Of a stretch of DNA of 64,000 bases, positions 26,291 to 41,102 are shown piece after piece. Each line of letters starts with the position of its first letter. The first letter of the stretch is position 1. This DNA comes from Octopus bimaculoides (lineage: Eukaryota), in the NCBI RefSeq assembly GCF_001194135.2, contig NC_068985.1, positions 82,157,168 to 82,221,167 on the forward strand. The letters run 5' to 3'. The position numbers were made by a program, and so were the translations under genes. The notes under the pieces are model-generated. The model was not told where the DNA came from. It ran no database searches and saw only the letters and a program-made list of their open reading frames with translations.

Positions 26291-27557
26291 CAAGGACTGA
26301 ACAAAATAATGGAAACACCTAGCATCATAGCATCATAATTTTGAAATATCTATAAAACCATCAAAAGCTTGTTTATATTTGTTTTTTGATTTATTATTAG
26401 TGTTGCTTAATATGTTTGGCTAAATTTACTGTTTCTTTTCAGATATCATCAGAAATTGGTAATTAAAATTCATTAGAATGACAGATTTATCGGACTTTCA
26501 AAGAAGTCAAATTATTGGTGCTCGTATGGCAGGTGCTAACATAACAAAAACAGCCAAAATGTTTGGTGTATCAAGAAGTACTATCTCAAAAGTAATGACA
26601 GCCTTTAAGAAAGAGGGAAAAACTTCCTCGTTGAAACAAAACTCCGAAAGAAAACCAAAACTTTCAAATAGAGACTGTCGGATTCTTACATGAATTGTTA
26701 GAAAGGATCACAAAAGTGCAGCTCCCAAAATTACTGCAGAGCTTAATGGCCACCTTGAGAATCTAGTTCCCACAAAAAATGTTCACTGGGAACTGCAAAA
26801 AGCCAGATTTCATGGGAGGGTTGCAATCAGAAAACCACTACCTACAAAAACAAATGCTGCAAAGCATTTTGAGTGGAGTAAAATGCTACAGAATTGGTCC
26901 CTAGAGCAGTGGAAGAATGTTATTTTCTCATCCTTTACCTTATTTCTGACCACTAACTGAGTATATGTGTGGAGACAGCCAAAAGAAGCATTTGACCAAG
27001 ACTGCCTTCTTCCAACTGTTAAACATGGAGGATGATCTGTGATGATCGGTGGGTGGGGACTGTATCTTGGAAATCCGTCGGCCTAATGTTTTCCCTTCAT
27101 GGCAGAATTAATAGTTAAGACTATTTAAGCATTTTATCTGATCAAATTCATCTTATGGTTGCAGAACTGTTTCTGGAGGGAAACACAATATTTCAGGATG
27201 ATAATGCACCAACTCACACAACTAAACTTGTTACTGAATGGTACAAGGAACATTTTAGGGAAGTTGAATATCTTATCTGGCCATGGCAGCCCCCTGATCT
27301 CAATATTATTGAACATTTATGGTGCATTTTAGAAAAACAATTAAGGAGTCGATATCCTCCACTATCGTCACTACAAGAACTAGAGACTGTTTTAGCTGAA
27401 AAATGGACAAAAATTCCTTTGGAAACAATTGAAACTTTGTATGAGTCCATACCTCATAAAATTCAAGCTGTAATTACTGCCAAAGGTGGTCCTACCCCAT
27501 ATTAAAATAAATTTGTTTGAAATTTTAAGGTGTTTCCATTATTTTGTCCAACCCCTG
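26291..27557 (+). mobile_element. Full-length, non-functional Tc1/mariner DNA transposon (DD36E spacing, Incomer-like)
   Basis: 30-bp TIRs at 26291-26320 (CAAGGACTGAACAAAATAATGGAAACACCT) and 27528-27557 (reverse complement CAGGGGTTGGACAAAATAATGGAAACACCT), 26/30 identical. TA on both sides (26289-90, 27558-59). Length 1,267 bp, with transposase remnants inside. Confidence 0.93.
26478..27505 (+). pseudogene. Tc1-like transposase pseudogene
   Basis: N-terminal HTH region (MTDLSDFQRSQIIGARMAG...FGVSRSTISKV), then WKNVIFS, VKHGG, FQDDNAP, PDLNIIEHLW and a C-terminal KGGPTPY. In-frame stops at 26691-93, 26958-60 and about 27033. Frameshift near 27045-27060. The expected DES after VIFS is missing. 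Confidence 0.9.
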
Positions 27558-28161
27558 TATGTGCAATAAAAGAATAATGCAGTTTTTAGTCAAGCATGCT
27601 GATGCTATTTATATAAAAAGTAAAGAAAATTATGAAGATGTGTTAACTTTGCCTTTTTTACCCCATGGATATTAACAAGGTGAGTAAAAAACAAAAAAAA
27701 AAGTATGAAGACTAAAAATAACAGGAACAATAATAGTCAGGAATTCTTTTCTAGGCACTTTGATCAGTTTTTGAAGGAAAGTGTGTTCAAAGATTGAATA
27801 GAAACCATTATATTACTGGTTCCTGATACTTTATGGCACTTCATACTTGATGTCTCTTATTTCTGTGTTCAAATCCTACAAAATTTTCTAAAACACCTGT
27901 CCTCATTCAAGTACATATTGGTCAAACAATGTAAAACAAGTGGAAATATTCCAGCCACTCTATTTTTCTATGCTTCATAGTATTAAGTGCTCAAGAGAAT
28001 TGGTCTATTACAGACAGATTTCCCCATTTGGCCCTTCCTGTCAATGAATTTGTAAACAATCCCACTGAGTTACAATTATTGAATTATATCACCTACCATA
28101 TAAAGTGAAGGTCTACATTTCCACTCAAACTACAAGGGAAAATAAGCCTTTCATATAATGT

Positions 28162-28206
<45 letters not shown>

Positions 28207-28472
28207 TGTTTACATCTGCAACTCACATCTTTCAAGTGCTTTTGCCTATTTGACTAATAATTAAGTGAAAAAGTTGTAAGACATTATAAGACACAAGTAA
28301 TTCACAAGAAGCGAATATAATAGTATTTTTGGAGTGTTTTATTTCCTTGTATTCATTAGACAACCATATGCCAACAAAATGTTTTTGTGTGCATTTGTGA
28401 GTGAGTTCATATTTACCCTAATCTTCCTGTGTTTGCTGATTGTAAACTATATCCTCACTGTTTGTGCATTGT

Positions 28473-28610
28473 GTGGACAGTGTAATATTCATGCAGTTTA
28501 CTACAAAAGTATGTCCAGGTTAACATATCTTGACGTGTTGCGTGGACAGTGTAATATTCATGCAGTTTACTACAAAAGTATGTCCAGGTTAACATATCTT
28601 GACATGTTGC
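28473..28610. repeat. 69-bp tandem duplication (2 copies, 68/69 identical)
   Basis: GTGGACAGTG...GAC(G/A)TGTTGC at 28473-28541 and 28542-28610. Confidence 0.9.
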
Positions 28611-29582
28611 ATGATCTTTGTAAACAGGTGGAAACAAGTGAAGGTTGGTGTCAGGAAGGGTGTCTGTCTGCAAAAACTCTGCCCCAACTTACTCTTGTCT
28701 GACCCACTCAAGCCTTGGAAACAAGGCATTGAAAGAAGCTGGAAAAGTGATTTTAGGTACATCAACCTTGAGAGTAGAATTTCTACTGGAAAAACTTACT
28801 TTAACTCTCATTATAAAATAATCAAATTGTGAGTGTCAGAAAAAAGTGGGGAGAATTGAAATGAAATATCTACCAAAGACAAGGCTGAATTCCAAAATCA
28901 GCTTGCCAAAAGCCTACCTCAACTATGTGACATTTACCAAATACTGAAAATATTACTTAATGTATTAGCTACAGAAGAAATATGATTTCAAAAATTTTAA
29001 ACTTTAGCTTTTTCAAGGCAGCTAATATATTTTACTCAAAATATTTTCTTTGTATTGTTGTGAAAGAAAAAAAACTGCTTTTGTTCCATCAACTTGTTGC
29101 CAGTAGGTTGTTGGATATGCATAATCAATTAGCCAAAGAAAGCTGGTTAACTGGAATTTCAATGGCATAAATGAATCCTAAAAGTTGGAGACAAACTGCA
29201 CAAATATGCAACCACACAAACAATGTAGTGAAAGCTTATAATAGTGACATTAGGTCTTCAACTGACTTTATCATTTGGTCAAATTCATAAATGACATAAT
29301 CAGTAAAATATATTTATAATTTCAAAATCTTGAAATGAGAAAATGGGGAACAGAAATGAAGACAGACAGCGCAAGAAAACATTGAAATTTCACATATCAT
29401 TATTCCAAGTTTCTCATTACTGATATATGTCCAAAGACTGATGTCAAGGAACTAAAAGTAAAGGTTTATCAAGTTTCACCTTCTAGTAAATTAGAGTGCT
29501 CAACACTTAGTATTGGATACTTTTTACATAGTTTTTATTTACACAAACATGTATATATGCCTACATATGTATTGTGTATGCA

Positions 29583-29629
<47 letters not shown>

Positions 29630-30176
29630 NNNNNNNNNNNNNNNNNNNNNNNNNNNNNNNNNNNNNNNNNNNNNNNNNNNNNNNNNNNNNNNNNNNNNNN
29701 NNNNNNNNNNNNNNNNNNNNNNNNNNNNNNNNNNNNNNNNNNNNNNNNNNNNNNNNNNNNNNNNNNNNNNNNNNNNNNNNNNNNNNNNNNNNNNNNNNNN
29801 NNNNNNNNNNNNNNNNNNNNNNNNNNNNNNNNNNNNNNNNNNNNNNNNNNNNNNNNNNNNNNNNNNNNNNNNNNNNNNNNNNNNNNNNNNNNNNNNNNNN
29901 NNNNNNNNNNNNNNNNNNNNNNNNNNNNNNNNNNNNNNNNNNNNNNNNNNNNNNNNNNNNNNNNNNNNNNNNNNNNNNNNNNNNNNNNNNNNNNNNNNNN
30001 NNNNNNNNNNNNNNNNNNNNNNNNNNNNNNNNNNNNNNNNNNNNNNNNNNNNNNNNNNNNNNNNNNNNNNNNNNNNNNNNNNNNNNNNNNNNNNNNNNNN
30101 NNNNNNNNNNNNNNNNNNNNNNNNNNNNNNNNNNNNNNNNNNNNNNNNNNNNNNNNNNNNNNNNNNNNNNNNNNNN

Positions 30177-30215
<39 letters not shown>

Positions 30216-30216
30216 T

Positions 30217-30248
<32 letters not shown>

Positions 30249-30931
30249 GTAGATAGATAGATAGATAGATAGATAAAATCATTTGTGATGAAATTAGGGT
30301 TGTAAAAGAAAGGCTACAACCAATCTCTAAATTTACTGCCAGTTTGCAAATATTTTATGAAAAAGTAATAAGCTAAAAATGTGATCAGACATTAAATTAT
30401 GGTAAAATATAAAAAAAAAATTGATACGGTACAAATGATAAATGGTATTTCATATTGTTGTTGCAGTTGATGATGATGATGATGATGGTGATGGTGGTGG
30501 TGGTGGTGGTGGTGGAGGAGGAGGAGGAGGAGGTAAAAGGATATCAGTTGAATATTATTAAGCTCATTTTTGAATTACATTATCTCAATAATTTTTTTTA
30601 ATTTCTGGAAATATAATCTCAAACAGCTAAAATGAAAATCAGATGTTTCCTTATTGATGATATATAGAGATTTATGAAATAATAATCTGTATGCACAAAA
30701 TATATATACAATACGCAGTATATACACACACACAACTGCCTGCCTGTCTGTCTGTCTTTATATACGTGCCTCTGTGTGTGTGTGTGTGTGTGTGTGTGTA
30801 TCTGTAGGTGCATGAATAGATAAATAGATAGATCGATAGATAGAGAGAGAGATACATATTATATATAAATAGATATTGATATATATTGTGTGCATAATTA
30901 TGCATGTGTACATGTATGTGTGTGTATATAT

Positions 30932-30984
<53 letters not shown>

Positions 30985-31037
30985 CATACATACATATATA
31001 TATCCATATATATATACATACATATATATATACATAC

Positions 31038-31083
<46 letters not shown>

Positions 31084-31582
31084 ACACACACACATATTAA
31101 TATCCATATTTTACAGCATATAAAATGCAACTTTGCCCTGCTCTTTATATGTGCAGTTGGGGTCTTCCATTGAGTAAAAAAAGTAGCATTTGTCCTGAGT
31201 TCAAATCCCACCAAAGGGAGTTTTTAGCTTTCATCCTTCCACAATTGTAGTACTGCAATATAATCAAATAAACCCTACTGCGACCTCTATCCCGCTCTCA
31301 AAACTATGTACCTTGTGCCTAAATCAGAGACTATCATTATTGCTAATTAATTAAAAAAAATATTATAAATATGAAAGCTAGATAATGTGAGAGAATAAAC
31401 TACAAAGGATGGTAAAACAGTAGCCATTTTCTGTTTTGCCATTACATGGACATCTTAGTAGAATGCTTTATGATCATAACAAACAAAAAACTTACTTTAG
31501 TTCAAACATAAAATACACACACACTCACACACACACTCACACACACACACATATATAATTACATACACGTGTATATGTATGT

Positions 31583-31627
<45 letters not shown>

Positions 31628-32059
31628 ATCTGTATGCAATATATATTTGTGTATAGATATGTGAGTGAATGTGTGTGTGAGCAAGCATTAGTTTTGGTAG
31701 ATGATGGATAAAATTCCTTGCAGTATTTGCTAATGTCCTATTATATTTTGAGACCAAATCCCACTGAAATCGATTTGCCTTTCATCCTCAAGTGGTCATT
31801 AAAATAAGTGCCAGTCCTGTACTTAGGTCGATATAATCTCATTTCTTTGAAATATATCATCTTGTGTGAAATTATTATCATAATCATTATTTTTGTACAT
31901 ATATAGATGCAGACATGGTCACATGGGTTTGTCTTCAATTCTGCTACATGGAACATTAAGCAAGTGCCTTCTACTGTAACTTTGCATTGACCGACACTTG
32001 TTAGTGGATTTGGTGGGTGGAAAATGTGTGATTGTCTATCTTGTGCATGTGTGTGCATG

Positions 32060-32095
<36 letters not shown>

Positions 32096-32817
32096 AATAT
32101 GTTTCCATGTTCATGTTTACGTTTATGTTCTCTGGTCTAAACTGGTGATGTATCTCTTAACGAAAACGTTATCTGGCCATTTGATAAATAGGGATTGTCA
32201 TAACAAATAACAGACTGATGTAAGTAATTGGGTCAATTTGATCAACTAAAACATAAAGGAGAGCCTGTCTCAACATGGCCATAATACAATGGCTGAAACT
32301 TGTAGCAAAGTAAACAAAATAAAGAATAAAATAAATATACACCAACAAAAAACCCACGAATAGTGTGGTGGTGTTTTACTCTGTACCAATGTAAAAAAAA
32401 AATATGTCACATTGCAATATTCTTGTTTGTTGATTTTCTGGCAAATAAAGAACTGGTCATTATTGATTTAAATTAAGATGCAGTTGTATCTGTTAGTCTT
32501 TGAACTATCCAAGACCACCCCTACAACTTGTAGTAATATTAGCTGCAATAACTGTAGCAGCAGCAGTAGTAGTAATAGTATTTGTAGTAGAAGCAGCAGT
32601 ATCTATTATTATCTGTAGTAGTGTAGTAGTAGAAGCACCAAAAGATTTGAAGTAAAATAAATTCTTAAAATGTAAATAAAATAATATCAATATTCATGTT
32701 TCTCCAAAAACACTGCCTTGCATTACAGCTTACCTCCCACTATTTCTACTCCCTCACACCATCCCTTTCTCAACATCCATTCATACATACTTGCATATAT
32801 ATAGACCGCGACCTGTT

Positions 32818-32856
32818 CACTGACAAAATTCTGTGCTGCACAGAATTTTGTCAGTG
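32818..32856. repeat. Perfect 18-bp palindrome with a 3-nt loop, truncated by an assembly gap
   Basis: CACTGACAAAATTCTGTG-CTG-CACAGAATTTTGTCAGTG, then Ns from 32857. Confidence 0.9.
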
Positions 32857-33052
32857 NNNNNNNNNNNNNNNNNNNNNNNNNNNNNNNNNNNNNNNNNNNN
32901 NNNNNNNNNNNNNNNNNNNNNNNNNNNNNNNNNNNNNNNNNNNNNNNNNNNNNNNNNNNNNNNNNNNNNNNNNNNNNNNNNNNNNNNNNNNNNNNNNNNN
33001 NNNNNNNNNNNNNNNNNNNNNNNNNNNNNNNNNNNNNNNNNNNNNNNNNNNN

Positions 33053-33098
<46 letters not shown>

Positions 33099-33234
33099 GA
33101 GATACATACATACACACACACACACACATATATATATATATTGTATATATACATATGTATACACACACATGCATACCCCTCTTTTCAACCAATGAAAAAC
33201 ACCCTCCTTCACAAGAAAGAATAAACTAACTACG

Positions 33235-33271
<37 letters not shown>

Positions 33272-33905
33272 ACTACTGCTGCTGCTATTACAAATGTTAC
33301 AACTAGTGCTGCTGCTACTACTATCACTACTTCATCCTGTACTACAATTACCCACTAGCAACATCACCCCACACCAACTAACAACTACCACCACCACCAT
33401 CACTAAAGCACTGTCTAAGCAGGACTACTTGCTCTTCAATGAACAAGCTTAAGCTACTCAGTTTCAAGTTTCACAAACAAATATGCAAACACATATATCA
33501 CATATATATATATATATACACACACACGCACACACACACATACACACGTGTGCGTGCGTGAACGTGTGTGCTCTCACATAAACACATGTAGACCAATATA
33601 GAAACATATAGATACATTCATGCAGAGTGAGAGATGCAAAGCCTGAGATTGGTGTATATTTGTGTCTTTGATCAATGCTTAGTGCAGAATAGCAGCAAAT
33701 GTATCACACGCACACACGCACACATATATGTACATACATATGCATGAATATATATATACCATACTGCATACACACATGTAGATATATGCAATATATATGT
33801 ATATATGTAAGAAACACACAAAAGCATGTGTAATAGGTACATACATAATACATACATATACACACATCATATCCATGAATACATTCAGTGTATATATATA
33901 TATAT

Positions 33906-33988
<83 letters not shown>

Positions 33989-35461
33989 AGACCAAAAGTC
34001 TATATATATTTGTGTGTGTGTGTGGAGTGTGGGAGAGACAAACAGAAAGAAATTGTGAAAGAGATAAGATAGCAAAAGACACAGATATGCACAGACCACA
34101 TTAATATAGCATACAAATGCAGAGTAAATCTGTACATATATGCACATGCACATGTGCACGTGCACACGCACTCCCTCATATAAGTATACTCTCACATGCA
34201 CAAGCAAATGCACAAACACACCAGCAAATAAGTTATAAATGAAATGAAATATCAAATAGAAAATGAAAGACAAATGATGAAACACAAAAGTATAAGTAAA
34301 ATAAAAGTAGAAAGGGCCTTCGGATCTCAGGATACCATATCTCATGGACGAGATAACAAAGGACCAAAATGAGTAGTGATATTGCTGTACAGCAAACCCA
34401 TGCCAATGTAGGACTAAAAAAATGGGACATTATATAATAATGATGATGAATATGATAACATGAAGAAAATTATTTTTAAAAAGATATAGCATATTAACAA
34501 AAATTATAAAATAAGTAAAATGAGTAAAATGTTTTGCAAATATTCAAAAACAGCTGGCAGCAATCTATATATCCATCCGCATATCCATATATCCATCAAT
34601 CCATCCACTAAGGAGGACGGGCAGTAAAATTTTCAGTTTAATGCCACCTATCATAGAATAACGAACTAGAGTATACTTGAGTATTTATTATGTATAGCAT
34701 AACACAGCTAACTGGTTGATTAAGATGATTATCACCTCTTATTTGCAATATCTTCTTTCCTAATTGGGCATTTAAAAAAGAAGAACTTTATCTTTCATTT
34801 AACTCTATAGAGGGCAGTTAAAAGAAGGTTAAGATAACAAGCATTAATTGCTGGCAATGTAGGCACATGCAAATCTAAAGGAACGATTCTGGTGATTCTA
34901 GCAAAACTAATACAAAATGATTTCTAACTTTAGCACACAAGATCACATCTTTGTTAGGGGAGAGGATATGGTCGATTGAATCAAGCAGATTCTAGTACAT
35001 GGAAGATAATTATTTGATTGATCCTGGGGAGATGAACGAAGTTCATCTTCAGCAAGGTTTAAACTTAGAACATAAAAAGGATATCAGTAAATATTACAAG
35101 GCATACACTCTATTCCTTATGAAACTACTACAGTCCTTCCTTTATTAAAAAAATAATAATAGTGACTAGCACGACTAGCACAAAACTAACACTCTGGGGG
35201 ATCAGTGACTGAATCAAACCTACACCAGTATTTGACAGCCACTTATTGATATCAGAAGAATGAAAGGGGAAGTCAACAACTGAATATTGCAAGACATTTA
35301 GTTTGACACATGGCCATTTCTATTACCTGTCTTTATAATTTACAAATAATTATGAAAATAGTGGGGTTTTTTTAATATTTTATTCCTAATGATAAATAAG
35401 TCTTAATGATAAATAAGCAGCATACTTTGCCTAAGCCTCAGCCAACCAAACAATATTCCTC

Positions 35462-35693
35462 TTAAAGCCTTTTGATACCAACCCACCTAAGACTGCTCCA
35501 TGGCCCTCTGATATAAATTTCCTGTTTTAAAGTGATTTAAATTAAAACCTGACATCAAAACCTCATGTTAATTTATATTCCAAGCACCAATAAAATAATG
35601 ATAAAATTATTTTACTAAATTCTTCATTATTTTCAAAATGAATTCAGACAATGGCAATGCATTTCAATAGAAATTTAGTAACAAACGGTTTAA
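35462..35693. mobile_element. Probable TTAA-flanked MITE (degenerate)
   Basis: TTAA at both ends, with weak terminal inverted similarity (CCTTTTGATACC / TAGTAACAAACGG); family recognition from recall only. Confidence 0.4.
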
Positions 35694-35924
35694 TACTAGA
35701 TAGAATGAACATAATAAGACACAGCTTAACTCAACCCAACTCAATTCAGCTCAGACTTGGGCTAATCTAATCTCACACAAACTCCAACCAACAGCAATTG
35801 GATATGGGCCATCCTCTTCACTATCTTAACTCTGATTCTGAACCTGATCCAGGTCACCTAAATCCCAACAGAATCCAGTTTGAGCCACCTCATCTGTTTA
35901 TCAGCAACCGATGCAACTACTGGT

Positions 35925-35938
35925 GCTGCTGCCGCTGG

Positions 35939-36031
<93 letters not shown>

Positions 36032-36465
36032 CACCACCACCATAAAAACATCACACACAACATCTAACATCCATAAGTACTATAATCCTCCATCAGCACT
36101 ATCATCTCTATTGTCTATGTTACTACTATCACCATCTCTACATCAACTACCACACACTACCACTGTTAGGCATCACTAACACCATCTTCCATAAACTTAC
36201 AATTACCAATCACAACGACTATTACTACCACTATCTATACTACAATTACTAATGCCAACCACCTTCACAACCCACTAGGCTTCATTTACTATCACCAACC
36301 ACAATTACTGCTACCACACTACCATCTCTACTACATTTACTCTTACCAACACCACTACCACTGCAACAACCCACTATCTACCTCAACCACCACCATCATC
36401 ACTACTATCACCACTACCACCACTACTATCACTACTACCACTATCACCACTACCACCACTACTTC
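35925..36465. repeat. (CTG)n-(CTA)n-(CCA)n compound and cryptic trinucleotide repeat
   Basis: Directly visible; gives spurious poly-A/T/V ORFs. Confidence 0.85.
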
Positions 36466-37886
36466 CAGGGTTCCTTTTACAAAGAGTTGCTGCTTTCTTC
36501 TGTCTGTGTTTATTGATTAGGAAGGATTATGTCATCTTCATTTCAAGAGAAGAAAATTTCCAGTTCAAATTTCAAATTAAAATTCAATGCATGTGGGAGA
36601 ATAACAGTAAGTTGGTGAAACCTATTTTCTCTAGAGACAGACAATTGGACACACAGACAGACATGCAGGCAGCCAGGCAGAGAGAGAGAGGGGGGAGAGA
36701 GAGGGAGAGAGACAGAGAGAGAGAGAGAGAGAGTAAAAGAAAGGAAGAAAGAAAGAAAGAATGAAAGAAAGAAAAGAAAGAAGACAGAAGTGGGAAGATA
36801 AATATATAGACAGAAAGAGGGGATAGACAGGAAGATATTGTGTTTGGGGTGGGGAGCTGAATTGAAAAAAAAAATGAACAGAGTGGAAGTGGTTTGAGAG
36901 GGGCTTGTGGTGGAGAGTAAGATTATGGTTGGGGAATGGTGTGACAGGTTGGGTATGGGACAAAAAGCATATTTTACACAGGACAATATTCAAAAATATA
37001 GAGGGGGACAGCTTGGTAACTTATTATTACATTGGAGGGATAGATAGTTATAATAGTAGAGATGGGGAGAGAAAAAGTTATACAAGGACAGAGAGGGAGA
37101 GATGGAGAGTAAGAAAGCATGTGATATGAGACTCAGTCAGGGGAGAACTTCAGAAGGTGGGCATTGGAGTAAGAAAGTGTTTACAGAGAAAGGGATAGCC
37201 CAGTAACTATGTTGGAGAAAGAAAGAAGAAAAAGAGAAAAATATACAAACATACACATATACATTGTGTGTGTGTGTATGTATGTACGTACTATGTATGT
37301 GTGTATGTATACAAAGAGAAAGAAAGAAGCAATGTTGAGATGTATGTGTGTGAGAGAAATGGAAGGAAGGAGCTCTAGTGTTGGCACTGGATGGGAAGGG
37401 TGTGATGAATGGCATGAGGGTGTGTGTGTAAGAGACAGCTAGGTAACATGTTACTGAGAGGAAAGAAGAGTAAGTGAGAGATAGAGTTCGAAGGAGACAG
37501 AGAAGGGGGTGAAGAGAGAGAGAGAAAGAGAGAATGAGATGGATGGTGAGTAGGACAAACAAAAGGAGAAAAGGAGTGAGAAGCTGTAGAGAGTGGAGGG
37601 AGCAGGAAGGAAGGAGTCAAAGGAGTACAGAGTGTTGGAAGGAGACCAAGGATTTGTGTATGAGACAAATATACAGAGAAAAGGGACAGCTTGGTAACTT
37701 ATTACTATGTTGTTGGAGGCATTAGAAAGAGAGAAAGTATATGAGAGAGAGAGAGAAAGGGTGAGAGAACATTGAGGGAGAGAGAGAGAGAGATTGAGAG
37801 GTATGGAGAAAGGAATTGTACAGCTAGAGAGCAAGGGTAAGGGGTGAAGAATGATAAGGTGATGTGAAAGGATGAAGGTGTGGGTA

Positions 37887-37921
<35 letters not shown>

Positions 37922-38695
37922 TTTAGATTTAAAACAAAATTCAGAAATATATACAAGTAAAATATTAAAAAATGATGACAGCACAAAAAACAAAAAATTT
38001 TATTTTTCATTTTTATTTTACAAGTTTTGTTGTCTTCTTACACATACACAAATATATACACCCATATGAACATACACACATCCAAAACATAGATTTTTAG
38101 GAAAATTTAATTTTTTCATTCCAATTTTATCCGCCAACATACACAAGCACAAACGTACATATGCATACATTCATGCACAATTACATATATACATGCATAC
38201 ACTGAAAAAGCATTTGCAATTTGAAAAATTTAATTCTTTTTGTTCCACTTACACATGCACAAATACACATGCACAAATATGCAAAACACAGTCTCAAATA
38301 TACATGGATACTCAAACAGATACACACAAAGAGGCACTGCAATACATGATTACACACATACACATTAATATCAACCCAAACGCAGATTTTAGAAAAATCT
38401 AATTTTTTTTATTTCAATCCATTCTTACTTTTAAACAAGTAGATACATACATATACTCCCAGTAACACAATGATACATCCATCCATACATTCATACACAT
38501 AGACACAAACCCACACACACAAATGCACATATAGTGAAAATACATTAAAAATAAAATTTGTTAAATGTTCAAATTTCATTCACTTTCAAAATGTGCATGC
38601 ATCTGCAACATAAAAGCATACATAAAGTAACACATGCACACATACAAAAATACATGGATATAGACAATTACAACAAAAAAAAACATTTAAAAAAC

Positions 38696-38778
<83 letters not shown>

Positions 38779-39298
38779 AAATAAATTTAAGCGGTGGGAT
38801 AAAAGTGATAATTTTTTTGTTTCTGTTCATTTAAAAAAAGAAAAGAAATAGCGTGGAGGTAATGGCTGGATGGAGAAATAGAGAATCAGGGAAGTGAGAG
38901 TGAAAAGAGAGATAAGAACAAATGAGAGATGGGGAGCAAGAGATAAACAGATATATATGCAGAGAGAGAGAGAGAGAGAAAGAGAGAAAACTATGACAAT
39001 GAGAGGGAGAAATAGATAAATAATGAGTTGGATAAATGAAATGAGAGACAAAAAAGAAGGCTGACAAAGAAAGGAGAGAAAAAGAGTAAATGACAGAGGA
39101 ATAAATAAATTACACAAGTAAACTAAAATAAAAAGACAATCACAGAATAGACTCTTTATGGATATACATATACAGAAAACAAAAGCATAAAAGACAGATG
39201 GTTTGTATGTATGTATGCATGTATGTATGCATAAGCATAGAAATACACACTCACAAATACACTCACACATATGTATATACATGTATATACATATGTAT

Positions 39299-39366
<68 letters not shown>

Positions 39367-39720
39367 GCCCACACACACACACATTTATTTCTTCTTCTTA
39401 AATATTATTGACAATGACTTTGAAGTTTCAGCCTCTCTGTTGAGTTAAAATCTTCCTTGGGTATGTAAGTTTGAGTGGAGTGGTGATTAGGTTGTAGGGT
39501 GGGTTGTGTTAGAGAGGTGATGTATAAAGCTAAGATTAACTTCAATGCATCACAGTCCAATGATGGCTTAGCTGACCAAAATTTTGAAGTCACTATTAAT
39601 AATATTCATGTTTAAGAATAATAAATTTGTACCCTACAAAAGTTTTGAGTCACTCTAGAGTAACCTATCAGATAAATGTAAAACTGTTTTTATCATAATT
39701 GAACATAGAAAACGAACATC

Positions 39721-39756
<36 letters not shown>

Positions 39757-39852
39757 ATATATATTGTAAACTGATAATGCAATATAAAAACTATATGTAT
39801 TTTGGTATCTCACTTCCTTACCTCTTTCTATGTTTTATATATATATATATAT

Positions 39853-39909
<57 letters not shown>

Positions 39910-40139
39910 GTCAATTTAGTGTTTAATATCCACTATTCTATGCTTTCATCAGCGAGACAAAATTTGTTGAGGCTGATTTTCTACAGCTCTTAATCTCACC
40001 AGCTCTTATGTGCTCCCAAGAAAGGTAATATTCCCCTTTGACCAGTTATGTTTCACAGAAGACTGAAACAAAATTACATAACCTGTGTGACTTGCTTACA
40101 ACCATCACATTTCAGAACAAGGAGATGCAAACACAAACA

Positions 40140-40186
<47 letters not shown>

Positions 40187-40744
40187 GCTTGTTTCAATTT
40201 CTGTCAATGAAATCCACTCATATGTGTTTGGTTAGCCTGTGACTATCATAGAACACATTGTCCAAGGTGCCACACACATACACACACACATCATCATCAT
40301 CATTTTAGTTTTATTGTTCACTTTTCTGTGCTTACCAAAGATCTTCTATGGCCTGATGCCCTTTCTTTTTCTAACTGTCATCAGTTTCCAAGAAAGGTAA
40401 TGCATCTATAATGTTGGACATTTTGTTTTGTATGCCAATGAATGAAAAGATATTGTATTACTTTACATAGCTTGTTTAATGATCTCACAATATTTTGAAA
40501 AAAGTTCCTTTTCAAATAGAAAGAGAATAATCAAAGAATTTTAAGAAACCTTTTATCATAGGTGTACCATTCTGGTGTGTTGATAAGATGAATTGTTCCC
40601 CAGATATTACAGGGTCATCGAACAACTATTACAAAGTGACACTAATATTTTTCTTCGTTTTCTTTCATTGACATCACCTGACAGTTTGCCTAATTCCTCA
40701 CCTGCATTACTCAAAGGTTGTTTTTCTTTACCCCAGTTACATTA

Positions 40745-40778
<34 letters not shown>

Positions 40779-41051
40779 NNNNNNNNNNNNNNNNNNNNNN
40801 NNNNNNNNNNNNNNNNNNNNNNNNNNNNNNNNNNNNNNNNNNNNNNNNNNNNNNNNNNNNNNNNNNNNNNNNNNNNNNNNNNNNNNNNNNNNNNNNNNNN
40901 NNNNNNNNNNNNNNNNNNNNNNNNNNNNNNNNNNNNNNNNNNNNNNNNNNNNNNNNNNNNNNNNNNNNNNNNNNNNNNNNNNNNNNNNNNNNNNNNNNNN
41001 NNNNNNNNNNNNNNNNNNNNNNNNNNNNNNNNNNNNNNNNNNNNNNNNNNN

Positions 41052-41102
<51 letters not shown>

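Noticed and set aside
29513-30282. Several ORFs over 200 aa
   Set aside because: (TA)n plus a 547-nt gap; the same applies to the other IYIY/HTHT/ERER/X-rich ORFs in the track
40605-40735. Minus-strand peptide GKEKQPLSNAGEELGKLSGDVNERKRRK...
   Set aside because: In-frame stop four codons upstream, no credible acceptor, no recognisable domain
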